This document shows positions 19,904-28,461 of a stretch of 64,000 bases of DNA, one piece after another. This DNA comes from Promethearchaeota archaeon. GTDB lineage: Archaea; Asgardarchaeota; Thorarchaeia; Thorarchaeales; Thorarchaeaceae. The DNA is taken from contig JBHLPF010000001.1 of NCBI GenBank assembly GCA_048939765.1, positions 46,073-110,072 on the forward strand. The letters are read 5' to 3'. Position numbers and translations under genes: made by a program. The notes under the pieces were generated by a model. The model was not told the DNA's origin. It saw nothing but the letters and a program-made list of their open reading frames with translations, and ran no database searches. Within the stretch, counting starts at the first letter, position 1. Each line of letters starts with the position of its first letter.

Positions 19904-20197
19904 TCATGACTGCCAAAGTCCGAATAGGTTCCGTAACGCTCGTGCCCGGTGGTCCTCTATCCGATAGCGGTAGATTTTGATTCTCCCAAACATCTTTTCC
20001 TCGACTAGTCCTGATTTGATAAGTACCTCAAGATGCGATTTGGTCGAGCTATGATTCAAGGAAACTCTCCGGCAAAGTTCGGATATATTCAGCTCACTGG
20101 AAGTGGCTAGTTCTTTTATTATCTTGATTCTCCCTCTCGAAGAGAATAGTTCCTCTATTGGCACTCGAAATCTGTCATCAGTATCAGTAGAAATCAT
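19904..20197 (-). CDS. ArsR-type winged-helix transcriptional regulator
   Basis: 97 aa. An HTH-like segment ELNISELCRRVSLNHSSTKSHLEVLIKSGLVEE resembles the ArsR/SmtB recognition helix and wing. Confidence 0.5.
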   Translation of the reverse strand: MISTDTDDRFRVPIEELFSSRGRIKIIKELATSSELNISELCRRVSLNHSSTKSHLEVLIKSGLVEEKMFGRIKIYRYRIEDHRARALRNLFGLWQS

Positions 20198-20208
20198 GAA
20201 ACCCCCCT

Positions 20209-21402
20209 TCAGGTGAGTAAGTCGAGTAGATGTTGTTCCAACATATCAGCTGGTACTTCAGAGAGACCTATCAAGGTTGTCTGACCTCTCTGGCCAGCAC
20301 CAGAACGTTTTGTGTCCAAAAGCCCATGCGCATTTAGATCCTGTACCCATTCCCAGATTTGAGTGTGTGCCCTTGGATCTTCGCCGTACTCCTCGCATAT
20401 TGGACGGTACATCTCTTCGAGCTCACCCATTGTGATATATGCGCCTCGATTCATCCTGAGCTGTCTTGCAGCTGCCAGAAGAAGAAGCATATTCTGTCGA
20501 GGGAGAGTTGCGAACACCTCCTTCCTCAACTCGGGATGTATGTCTGCCTTGGCCTTACGGGCAAAATCAGGAATCACCTTTCGGGAGCCTGTACTATCAG
20601 CCTGCTTCCCTGCGCGCCACAGGAGTTCGATTGCATAACGGGCGTCCCCCCATTCTGAGGCAATGTCGCAGATAATCTGCAGTGTTTCATCCATAACTGC
20701 ATCCTTCTCGAATGCCATGTCTACTCGCTCCCTTAGAATATCATATAGTGCATCAGCTGCATATTGGTCAAAACGAAGTATGTTTCTTTGAAGTGTGCTC
20801 AATGTGCTTTGATCCAAGATACTCTCATCAAGGGGTATCTTTCTCCCCACTCCGATTACAGACAGACGCTGAGGAGCATTCAACCGGTCATCCATCAGCC
20901 TAGTCAAATCATAGAGAATGTCAGCGCCTCGTTGTCTAATGAAATAGTCGAGCTCATCAAGTATCAGTAGAAGGTATCTGTCTTCTTCATCAAGTACTTC
21001 GACAACCATCTGAAGAATTTCTTCAGGTGAATGGCCTCGTCGAGGAAACCTTGGTTTAAACTCCCTCAATATCCGCAGATACACAAGATAGGTGCTCTTG
21101 CTCACTCTACAGTTTATGTGCAGTTTGTGCAGTTGAATGCCACGTCGCGTAGCGGCCTTAACCATTTGATCCGCAAAACGCTTAGTCACAGCTGTCTTTC
21201 CAGTGCCTACTGGGCCCTCGATAATGAACTTCTGACTCGCGCGACCGGGCGAAGCAATCAGTGTCTTGAAACTCTGGGCCAGCTTCCTCAACTCAGGCTC
21301 TCTATGCGGGAGAGTTTCTGGAACATAGTCGATGGATAGCAATTGCTCCGACTTGAATACACTCCGTCGACTCAGTTCGTCTTCTACATAGTCATGCGTC
21401 AT
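20209..21402 (-). CDS. cdc6: Orc1/Cdc6 replication initiator
   Basis: 397 aa. AAA+ Walker A GPVGTGKTAV, Walker B LILDELD and a C-terminal winged-helix region. Confidence 0.92.
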   Translation of the reverse strand: MTHDYVEDELSRRSVFKSEQLLSIDYVPETLPHREPELRKLAQSFKTLIASPGRASQKFIIEGPVGTGKTAVTKRFADQMVKAATRRGIQLHKLHINCRVSKSTYLVYLRILREFKPRFPRRGHSPEEILQMVVEVLDEEDRYLLLILDELDYFIRQRGADILYDLTRLMDDRLNAPQRLSVIGVGRKIPLDESILDQSTLSTLQRNILRFDQYAADALYDILRERVDMAFEKDAVMDETLQIICDIASEWGDARYAIELLWRAGKQADSTGSRKVIPDFARKAKADIHPELRKEVFATLPRQNMLLLLAAARQLRMNRGAYITMGELEEMYRPICEEYGEDPRAHTQIWEWVQDLNAHGLLDTKRSGAGQRGQTTLIGLSEVPADMLEQHLLDLLT

Positions 21403-21624
21403 GAGTCATCCCGGTCCGAAATAGAAACAAATCAGCAACTTAAAAGAGTTGTGTGAATTGTTCGATTAAATGTATGCGAGGAGTGGGGCTAGCCGAAAGT
21501 AATAGTGGCGAGCTCGTTACTCAAGATCCATATCATCGTCGCTCTGGACTCATTGGGGTCATGGCAGTCATCACTCGCCGCTCACAACTTGGTCTACTTG
21601 TCCTTAAGTCTGACGAAAAGAATG

Positions 21625-21728
21625 TGCGGCCGCCGGGATTGTCTCAACACACAGCAGTCGTATGTTGATTCGAACCCGGGTTGGAGGCTTGGGAGGCCTC
21701 CGTCCTAACCAAGCTAGACTACGGCCGC
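21625..21728 (-). tRNA. tRNA-Gly (anticodon CCC) with a roughly 30-nt intron at a non-canonical position in the T-loop/T-stem junction
   Basis: Reverse complement reads GCGGCCG-TA-GTCT-AGCTTGGTTA-GGAC-G-GAGGC-CTCCCAA-GCCTC-CAAC-CCGGG-TTCGAAT[CAACATACGACTGCTGTGTGTTGAGACAAT]CCCGG-CGGCCGC-A. Acceptor, D, anticodon and T stems all pair perfectly only when the 30-nt insert is removed. Confidence 0.75.
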
Positions 21729-21834
21729 TGAAGAGGCCATCCTTATGGTATATGATAAAAGACTATCGGCAAAATGCTCCAAGTCAACGCTTATCAAGGA
21801 CTTGTGGGACAGCCGCTCCTGAGGATTATCCTTC

Positions 21835-22971
21835 ATGGCCGGTCGCGATTCAACAATCAACTTCTGGCAGGGGAATCAGGCATGCGCTGAAGCTGCAATT
21901 GCAGCAGGATGCCGGTTTTTCGCTGGCTATCCAATCACACCAGCTTCAGAGATAGCAGAAATCATGGCAGAGAATCTTCCAATTGTTGGAGGGACGTATC
22001 TCCAAATGGAGGACGAGATTGGTGCGATATCTGCGGTAATAGGTGCCTCATGGGGTGGCACTTTGTCAATGACAGCAACATCTGGCCCTGGCTTCAGTCT
22101 CATGCAGGAGAATATAGGATATGCAATTATGACTGAGACTCCTTGTGTCATTGTGGATGTCCAACGTGCAGGACCCAGTACTGGGCAGGCGACAAAAGGA
22201 GCACAAGGAGATTTCCAGCAATCAAGATGGGGTACACATGGTGATGTCGAGAGCATAGTATTATGTCCTAATTCTGCACAGGAAACATTCGAACTCACCT
22301 TGCGTGCCTTTCATCTCTCGGAGAAGCTTAGACATCCAGTGGTAATTCTTTCAGATGAAATTGTGGGACATTCTCGGGAGAAGGTTGTTGCGAACACCAA
22401 GGAGGACCTAAGGGTTCAGCGAAGGTATGCAGAGCCTGGAATTCCTCCATTTGATGGCTTCAATAAGGATGGTTGGATAGAGATGCCAAGGTTCGGCGAG
22501 GGACATAACCTACTAGTCACTGGATCAACACATGACAAATATGGCTATCGAAGGACCTCTGATCCCGAAGTACATGACAGACTGATTCGTCGAATCTCAG
22601 AGAAAATTCATAATGAACGTGCCTTTCTCACAGATGTGGTGGTTTCAGGTCAAGAGTCAGCTGAGTGGGGAATTATATCGTATGGGTGCACATCAAGATC
22701 GGTAGAGGAGTTGATTGCTAGAAGTTCAGGTGTCCCTCCTCTGAGATCACTACGATTGAGAACTGCATGGCCATTTCCAGATTCTGAGATAAGAGAGTTC
22801 GCCAAATCAGTTGATCGATTGCTGGTGCCCGAGCTTAGTCTAGGACAGCTCTTCAGAGAGGTTTCAAGAGTAGTTAGCGACTCTGTCGACATGGTTTCAC
22901 TAACTAAGATTGGCGGAGGATTGATGATTGAACCGGATGAAATCGTGGAAAGAATTAGGTCAGAGTCATAG
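21835..22971 (+). CDS. korA: 2-oxoacid:ferredoxin oxidoreductase alpha subunit (KorA/OorA family)
   Basis: 378 aa. N-terminal FAGYPITPASEI and the SGPGFSLMQE region are characteristic of COG0674 alpha subunits. No beta subunit gene is adjacent. Confidence 0.85.
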   Translation: MAGRDSTINFWQGNQACAEAAIAAGCRFFAGYPITPASEIAEIMAENLPIVGGTYLQMEDEIGAISAVIGASWGGTLSMTATSGPGFSLMQENIGYAIMTETPCVIVDVQRAGPSTGQATKGAQGDFQQSRWGTHGDVESIVLCPNSAQETFELTLRAFHLSEKLRHPVVILSDEIVGHSREKVVANTKEDLRVQRRYAEPGIPPFDGFNKDGWIEMPRFGEGHNLLVTGSTHDKYGYRRTSDPEVHDRLIRRISEKIHNERAFLTDVVVSGQESAEWGIISYGCTSRSVEELIARSSGVPPLRSLRLRTAWPFPDSEIREFAKSVDRLLVPELSLGQLFREVSRVVSDSVDMVSLTKIGGGLMIEPDEIVERIRSES

Positions 22972-24698
22972 TCTGTAGATGAGGGAGATGTTGGTCCAGG
23001 AGGATTGGGGTTCCCAATGATTATCACAATACTAGTTCTCATCCAGATGGCCACGGGTTGTGAGATATTTGCTTCTTCGCACCAAGGGCTGCTTATGTAA
23101 AAATGAAGAATGTGTAATCCGGGATAGATATTGAGTAGGAAGGGGACTTCTATTGATGATTTGACGTCTGCATTGTTGATTGTGAAAAAAGGTGTAAGCG
23201 CTGAATCAGCATAGATTCTCAAATCAATGAGCCCAACAATTTGACCGTTGTCATCTGTAGCATTGATATCTATCTGAGTAGTTTCCCCATAATAGACAAG
23301 ACCAAGCTCTACATCAACATCAATGACTCCATGAATATTGATTTCCAAGTCAATTGAATCCTGAACACTGTACGCGCTTTCAAGCATTTCAATGGACATT
23401 ATATGAGGGCCCAGTGATGTATTACTGCTGATAGGGAATGTTATCTCCGCTTGACTGTTTGCAGTGACTGATATGGTAGCATTGATTTCTCCAATTGAAT
23501 CAAAGATTTCTATTGGGATAAGCTGGTCTTGTAGTGATGTGGAATTAATGCTTACAGTCAAGGTGACGTTGTTTCCTCGCGCGGTAGACCAAGTAGCATT
23601 TGTGGTTGAAAGATAGACAACATAAGGTGTAACGTCAATTATGACCGATTCAGATTCGTTTCGATAGAGAGGATTAACTGCTGTAAGATTCACAGAATAG
23701 AAACCTGGTTCCACAGTGATCGGTATTGATGCACTGTAGAGTCCGTTGCCAAGTTTGTTCATCGTACCCGAAGAAAATGTCGTGGTCCACAGAATCGAAC
23801 TATCAGAAATCGGCTGACTGTCTTGTGTCTTCTGTTCTACCACTATGTCAGCTGATTCGGTTTGACTGCCATCTGGTGTTTGACAATGAATTGATGGCGG
23901 TGTAGACAAGATTGTCAGATTGGAAACGGCCCTTGTTACCACAAGTGGAAAAGAATTTGAGAAGGGAAGGAAGCTTTCCGTTCCATTGCCCGCTATCGTG
24001 ACTGTGTAATCTCCAGGCGGACCAGTAGTGTCAGTCCAGTTAATCCTTAGTTCTCCGTCTGAGGAAGTTGTCGTATCAATTTGCAGTATTGAATCAGATG
24101 TGGAATTGAGAAGTGTGACTGTCACAGGGCTGTTTCTATATGGAATGGATTGGTTGAGTGCACTTGCAACTTTGAAGTCTAGGGTGGAATTTGTGTTGAA
24201 TTCAATGTTCAACGGTGATAGTGGAAGAACATTAAGATGGCCCCTTGTTATATTCACAACAACAGTATCTCCCTCGCCCTGTGAGTAGGAATCATAGATC
24301 TCCACGTTGAAAATCACAAAGGCTTGAGCACCATTTACTCCTGGTGAGGTGTCTTCTGGGAGGATAGTGTAGGATGAGTTGAAATGTCTTACATCAGTTG
24401 AGGGTGGGACGTAATAGAGGTCTGAGAATGCAGGCCCTTGATCGGTCACTACCGCAAAGGACACGTAACACCACCCATCTCCACTGAAATCAGCAATTAG
24501 CTCAGCAACCATGTTCATTGTTTCGCCGACCTCATACACTAGCTTGTCAGTTTCGAAGTAGTGGAATTCGAAGTAGAACGCAGAAACAGGTGCGACAAGA
24601 CCGAATACAATACATGTGGAAACAATGACTGATGCTAGTGTCCTTTGGCTCAAGAAACCCACCAAAACCCGGTCAGTATGTTGCCTAAAAAACAGCAC
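22650..24698 (-). CDS. Secreted or cell-surface glycoprotein (signal peptide, Ig-like repeats, many N-glycosylation sequons)
   Basis: 682 aa. N-terminal hydrophobic signal/anchor (TLASVIVSTCIVFGLVAPVSA) and about 30 N-x-S/T sequons. The S/T/P-rich C-terminal tail is encoded antisense to the last 321 nt of korA. The true 3' end is therefore uncertain. Confidence 0.6.
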   Translation of the reverse strand: MLFFRQHTDRVLVGFLSQRTLASVIVSTCIVFGLVAPVSAFYFEFHYFETDKLVYEVGETMNMVAELIADFSGDGWCYVSFAVVTDQGPAFSDLYYVPPSTDVRHFNSSYTILPEDTSPGVNGAQAFVIFNVEIYDSYSQGEGDTVVVNITRGHLNVLPLSPLNIEFNTNSTLDFKVASALNQSIPYRNSPVTVTLLNSTSDSILQIDTTTSSDGELRINWTDTTGPPGDYTVTIAGNGTESFLPFSNSFPLVVTRAVSNLTILSTPPSIHCQTPDGSQTESADIVVEQKTQDSQPISDSSILWTTTFSSGTMNKLGNGLYSASIPITVEPGFYSVNLTAVNPLYRNESESVIIDVTPYVVYLSTTNATWSTARGNNVTLTVSINSTSLQDQLIPIEIFDSIGEINATISVTANSQAEITFPISSNTSLGPHIMSIEMLESAYSVQDSIDLEINIHGVIDVDVELGLVYYGETTQIDINATDDNGQIVGLIDLRIYADSALTPFFTINNADVKSSIEVPFLLNIYPGLHILHFYISSPWCEEANISQPVAIWMRTSIVIIIGNPNPPGPTSPSSTDYDSDLILSTISSGSIINPPPILVSETMSTESLTTLETSLKSCPRLSSGTSNRSTDLANSLISESGNGHAVLNRSDLRGGTPELLAINSSTDLDVHPYDIIPHSADS

Positions 24699-24766
24699 AC
24701 GAATAGAACGACAACTTTAATTCCAGACTGACTGCCAACCAAGCGCTGAAGAGAGAGCGTGAGAAT

Positions 24767-25132
24767 ATGGTAGTCAGGCTAAAGAATGCCACAGTTGACT
24801 CAATTGAAGACACTGAAACAAAGAGACTGAAAGTTGTCAGGATGATTGCCAAAGAGGAAGGAGCACGTATTTCATTGGAGCTTCCTGAAGCCCTGTCTGG
24901 TACAATAAAGCCAAGGGATGAAGTCACTGTTATATTTGATTCCAAACCAATCGCACGAGGAAACAATGCTAAGCTATATGCAGAAGGCAAAGTGTTTCGA
25001 ATAAGGAACGAGAATGGGATTGAGGTCACTGGCACCATAGGAGGGCTTAGAATGACTCTTGACCTCAGTAATCCTACAGCTGCTCAACGAAAGACATTTG
25101 ATCAAAAAAGATTCTTGATGGCTATAATCTGA
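24767..25132 (+). CDS. Probable RNA polymerase subunit Rpo8 (Rpb8-like, OB-fold)
   Basis: 121 aa. The C-terminal GTIGGLRMTL resembles the Rpb8 signature (...FGGLLMRL). It lies immediately upstream of tfb. The call is tentative. Confidence 0.35.
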   Translation: MVVRLKNATVDSIEDTETKRLKVVRMIAKEEGARISLELPEALSGTIKPRDEVTVIFDSKPIARGNNAKLYAEGKVFRIRNENGIEVTGTIGGLRMTLDLSNPTAAQRKTFDQKRFLMAII

Positions 25133-25311
25133 GAAGGTCTTAGAGAATTCATCTATACAGAATAGTTTCGGGCATCTCTCTTTCTGTCAGTCCGGACTGC
25201 TGACATCCTCTATAAAGTACTGAGAATTTGCTCTGTAGTACAGTATGTTCTAAAGAACGAACTGAATCCCTCCTGAAATCTAGTTAGGACCCGGGCCCAT
25301 GCGTTATATGG

Positions 25312-26349
25312 GTGTGGTCTTTGATTGATGAAACATTCGAGGCTATTCAAAACTCGTCTTGGTCTTGCCCCGACTGTTCCGGTCTGATAACGGCAAACCA
25401 GGGCTATATAGTATGTGTAGAATGCGGTCTAGTAATCTCTAGAGAATACGTGTCACCTACCTACCAGATGGGTGAAAAGGTATCTGACAGTGCACCTGAT
25501 GCAAGTGTATACGTATCTCTTGGCAATCGTATGCATATTGTTGACGGGTTGGGGAGCTATATTGGCTTCCATAAGGACAGATATTTCCAGGATGCACAAG
25601 GTCAGACTCTTACAGCACGATCGCAGAAGAAATTCAAGCGGCTTAAGATGATATACAGCACACGAATACGGATTGGCCGAAACGAGGCAAAGTATAGAGC
25701 CCTCAGAACTCTCAACCATGTTTCTAAGCTACTTATGCTAAATGAACAGGTCCGTGATCGTACTGCCTATCTATACAAGAAGATATCCTCTGAGTCTTCA
25801 GAAAAGATTAACAACAATATCCTGCTCATAGCTGTATGCCTTCTGATGGCTGTTAGAGAGTTCAAGGACGGAGCACCAATCACCTTGGATGAGATAGCCA
25901 ATACATTCGAGAAATGTGGTCATCGTGTTAACGTCAGGGCTATTGTTAGAGAGGCATTGAAACTCAAATCGCTGACAGGTGTTGCCCCCGAAATTCGTCG
26001 TCCAGATGACTATGTGCCAAGGGTCTTGTCCATGTTGATGAACAGTGAAAAGGTGCTCAGAAAAGTGATAGCTCGTGGATGGGAGCCAAAGAAGTATGAG
26101 AATGCTCTCAGAGATAAAATCCTTGAAGTTCTAGAAATGATACCGGCTTCAAAGAGAGGAGGAAGGAACCCCTTCATATTCACTGTTTCTGCTGCCTACG
26201 CAAGCGATCGTCTAGTTGCAGATGAGCATGGAAGGCGTTCTGTACTTACTCAGAAGCTTGCCTCAGAAGCGACTGAGGTGGCTGAGTACAGCATTCGGGA
26301 CCATTTCGGAATGATGAAGAAAGTGCTTGCAGTGGTTTCTCTAACCTAG
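25312..26349 (+). CDS. tfb: Transcription initiation factor IIB (TFB)
   Basis: 345 aa. N-terminal zinc ribbon CPDCSG...CVECG, B-finger/linker and two cyclin-fold repeats. Confidence 0.9.
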   Translation: MWSLIDETFEAIQNSSWSCPDCSGLITANQGYIVCVECGLVISREYVSPTYQMGEKVSDSAPDASVYVSLGNRMHIVDGLGSYIGFHKDRYFQDAQGQTLTARSQKKFKRLKMIYSTRIRIGRNEAKYRALRTLNHVSKLLMLNEQVRDRTAYLYKKISSESSEKINNNILLIAVCLLMAVREFKDGAPITLDEIANTFEKCGHRVNVRAIVREALKLKSLTGVAPEIRRPDDYVPRVLSMLMNSEKVLRKVIARGWEPKKYENALRDKILEVLEMIPASKRGGRNPFIFTVSAAYASDRLVADEHGRRSVLTQKLASEATEVAEYSIRDHFGMMKKVLAVVSLT

Positions 26350-26399
26350 ATGACAATGTGATGCCGATTTGAATTACACTCCCAAAGGCGAGGATATGA

Positions 26400-28094
26400 A
26401 TGGAGGAAGATAGGCTGGAATTGATCAGATGTCCAGACACAAGATGCAAGGATTGCTCTGAGATGACCGCGTCAGAATGCACCAGAATCTCTATGCTATT
26501 CGAAGAAGGGAATAGAAAGAAGGTGCTAATTCTGGAAGATTCGAGAAGGCTTCTTCATCTGGGTGGACTGACTGATCCAATCCCAACAAGTCCTCCTTGG
26601 AGAGGTGATGGATGGGAATCGGTCTATATAGGTGATTGCGAGTTTCCAGACAGTGATTGGCTTCCAGTAGATGCCTACTTGGTAGGACCATATCTTTCAT
26701 TCTACTTCTCAAGAACAGGCGGAATGGAGATATTTCATCGGTCGTATCCACTAGTGAAGACTTCGATCGAGTATGGACTCATGCAGGAACTGAATGAGTC
26801 TATTGGCAGTAATCTCCAGGAATCAATAGGAAGGTCCGATGTTTCCACTCGGCTTTTGCAGGTTGCTGACAGTGTTTGTAAGAAGCTCCTGAAATCTTTG
26901 CCCGAGATAAGCACTGCGACACGAGAGAGAATTTCTACGATTGTGGCAAACAAAACGACTGTGCTAGATACATTCCTTCCAATTCTATTGGATGATGATG
27001 TTGAAGAAGTGTACGTGGATTGTCCAGGAAAGCCAATCTATTTTGATCATCGTAGGCTAGGAAGATGTATCTCAAAATATGAGATTCATCACGAAGATGT
27101 CCCTCGTCTTACCACACTGTTACGTGCAGAGAGCAATCTCCATCTTGATAGAAGAAATCCTTCCTTGAAGACTGATTTGAATCTCTTTGATACCAATCTG
27201 CGAGTATCTGCCAGCCTACCGCCGCTAAGCCCTGATGGATTGCACATGGAAATTCGGCGGGCGAGGAGGAATGCTTTCACCATTTTGGACCTAATTTGGA
27301 ATGGAACACTGCCTATTGAAGCGGCGGCAGCGCTTCTTCTGGCACTTGGGTGCAGATTCAACATAACGATAACCGGAGGTCCCGGGACCGGCAAGACTAC
27401 TCTATTGAATGCACTTGACGCGGATAGTCCAAAAACCTGGAGAAAAATCTACATAGAAGATGCAGTAGAAAGCAGAGATCTTCGCGGTCACAACCAAGTT
27501 CGTTTCAAAGTCGACCCAGTTGATGAAGTAGATGGGCATTTTGATAAATCGTTAGAAATCGTCAAGACCCTCCATAGGTCACCAGACTATCTTGTGCTTG
27601 GTGAGATTCAAACTGCAGAACATAGCCAAGCGCTTTTCCAAGCTATTGCAGCTGGTCTTCGTGCAATACAAACCTGTCATAGCTCCTCAGCAGCCAGTCT
27701 TGTGTCACGTTGGATCACTGGACATAATATCGACAAATCCAGTATCGCCATGATGGATTTGATTGTGACAATGGTACGACCAGTACCCGGAGAGTCGATT
27801 AGGAGAGTCAGTGAGATTGTTGAAGTGCAACGAGAGGTTTCAGAAGGTGTACTCAAATTCGTAGGACTCAGTACTGTCTACAATTGTAATTCATCCCAAG
27901 ATTTGCATTGGGCAACGGACGGCGCGTATCTTTCTTATGCACGGGCAGCTGGACATGAAAGCCACATCCAAGCATACGACAGAATAATTGATCACCTATC
28001 CAAGAGATTACGAACAGCAGACAGGAGCAATGGTCGAACATTGGGAAAAGATGTCTGGACTGAAGGACTGCCATTGTGGTTTGCACACATCTGA
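26400..28094 (+). CDS. FlaI/VirB11/GspE-family secretion ATPase with a Cys-rich N-terminal extension
   Basis: 564 aa. Walker A ITGGPGTGKTTLLNALD, Asp box/Walker B KIYIEDAVE and His box RSPDYLVLGEIQTAEH. The N-terminal roughly 100 aa contain CPDTRCKDC...C. No FlaJ/TadC-like polytopic partner is adjacent. Confidence 0.75.
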   Translation: MEEDRLELIRCPDTRCKDCSEMTASECTRISMLFEEGNRKKVLILEDSRRLLHLGGLTDPIPTSPPWRGDGWESVYIGDCEFPDSDWLPVDAYLVGPYLSFYFSRTGGMEIFHRSYPLVKTSIEYGLMQELNESIGSNLQESIGRSDVSTRLLQVADSVCKKLLKSLPEISTATRERISTIVANKTTVLDTFLPILLDDDVEEVYVDCPGKPIYFDHRRLGRCISKYEIHHEDVPRLTTLLRAESNLHLDRRNPSLKTDLNLFDTNLRVSASLPPLSPDGLHMEIRRARRNAFTILDLIWNGTLPIEAAAALLLALGCRFNITITGGPGTGKTTLLNALDADSPKTWRKIYIEDAVESRDLRGHNQVRFKVDPVDEVDGHFDKSLEIVKTLHRSPDYLVLGEIQTAEHSQALFQAIAAGLRAIQTCHSSSAASLVSRWITGHNIDKSSIAMMDLIVTMVRPVPGESIRRVSEIVEVQREVSEGVLKFVGLSTVYNCNSSQDLHWATDGAYLSYARAAGHESHIQAYDRIIDHLSKRLRTADRSNGRTLGKDVWTEGLPLWFAHI

Positions 28095-28118
28095 GGCTAT
28101 CTTGTTTCGTTTCTGTCT

Positions 28119-28364
28119 TTGAGGGTAGTTAAAATACCATTCCATGGACAGGTAATCAGGTGGAATTCTATGTACGACCCGATAAGGGATGAAAAGGGCG
28201 GTCCGCTGGTTGAGGAGAGTCTCCTGCTTGGTATTGCAGTAGTCACCGTATCGATAGTCATTGCTGTGATACTTCAGGCAACAGGTTGGGCACAAGACGT
28301 TGTGGCAGGACTCTTTCAGATTCTTGAAGACAGCTGGAGTAGCTTCACAAGTCTATTTCCATGA
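28119..28364 (+). CDS. Small membrane protein, possibly a type IV pilin-like (class III signal peptide) protein
   Basis: 81 aa. A charged segment (RDEKGG) is followed by a roughly 22-residue hydrophobic helix (LLLGIAVVTVSIVIAVIL), then a second hydrophobic stretch. Sits immediately downstream of the secretion ATPase. Confidence 0.35.
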   Translation: MRVVKIPFHGQVIRWNSMYDPIRDEKGGPLVEESLLLGIAVVTVSIVIAVILQATGWAQDVVAGLFQILEDSWSSFTSLFP

Positions 28365-28461
28365 TAAGTGAAACACTGCTGATGTGATTTTGGTCACGAT
28401 TTGGGGAAAGCCTTATTTGTAGTCTAGAGTGAGCACACCCGCTCCGGACTGGTGCGCCTTA

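Noticed and set aside
21403-21624. Expectation of an origin (ORB repeats) directly upstream of cdc6
   Set aside because: I looked for TCCAGTGGAAA dyads or GGGGT tracts here and found none. Only a single TGTGAAT copy and a GGGG are present. The origin call was therefore placed at 44.5 kb instead.
21453-21708. 71- and 67-aa plus-strand ORFs in the cdc6 upstream region
   Set aside because: They overlap the intron-containing tRNA-Gly on the opposite strand. The region is better explained as tRNA plus promoter DNA.
24685-25038. 117-aa minus-strand ORF overlapping the putative rpo8 gene
   Set aside because: It is entirely antisense to a better-supported ORF. The sequence is low-complexity and Ser/Phe-rich with no motif. 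Treated as a shadow ORF.
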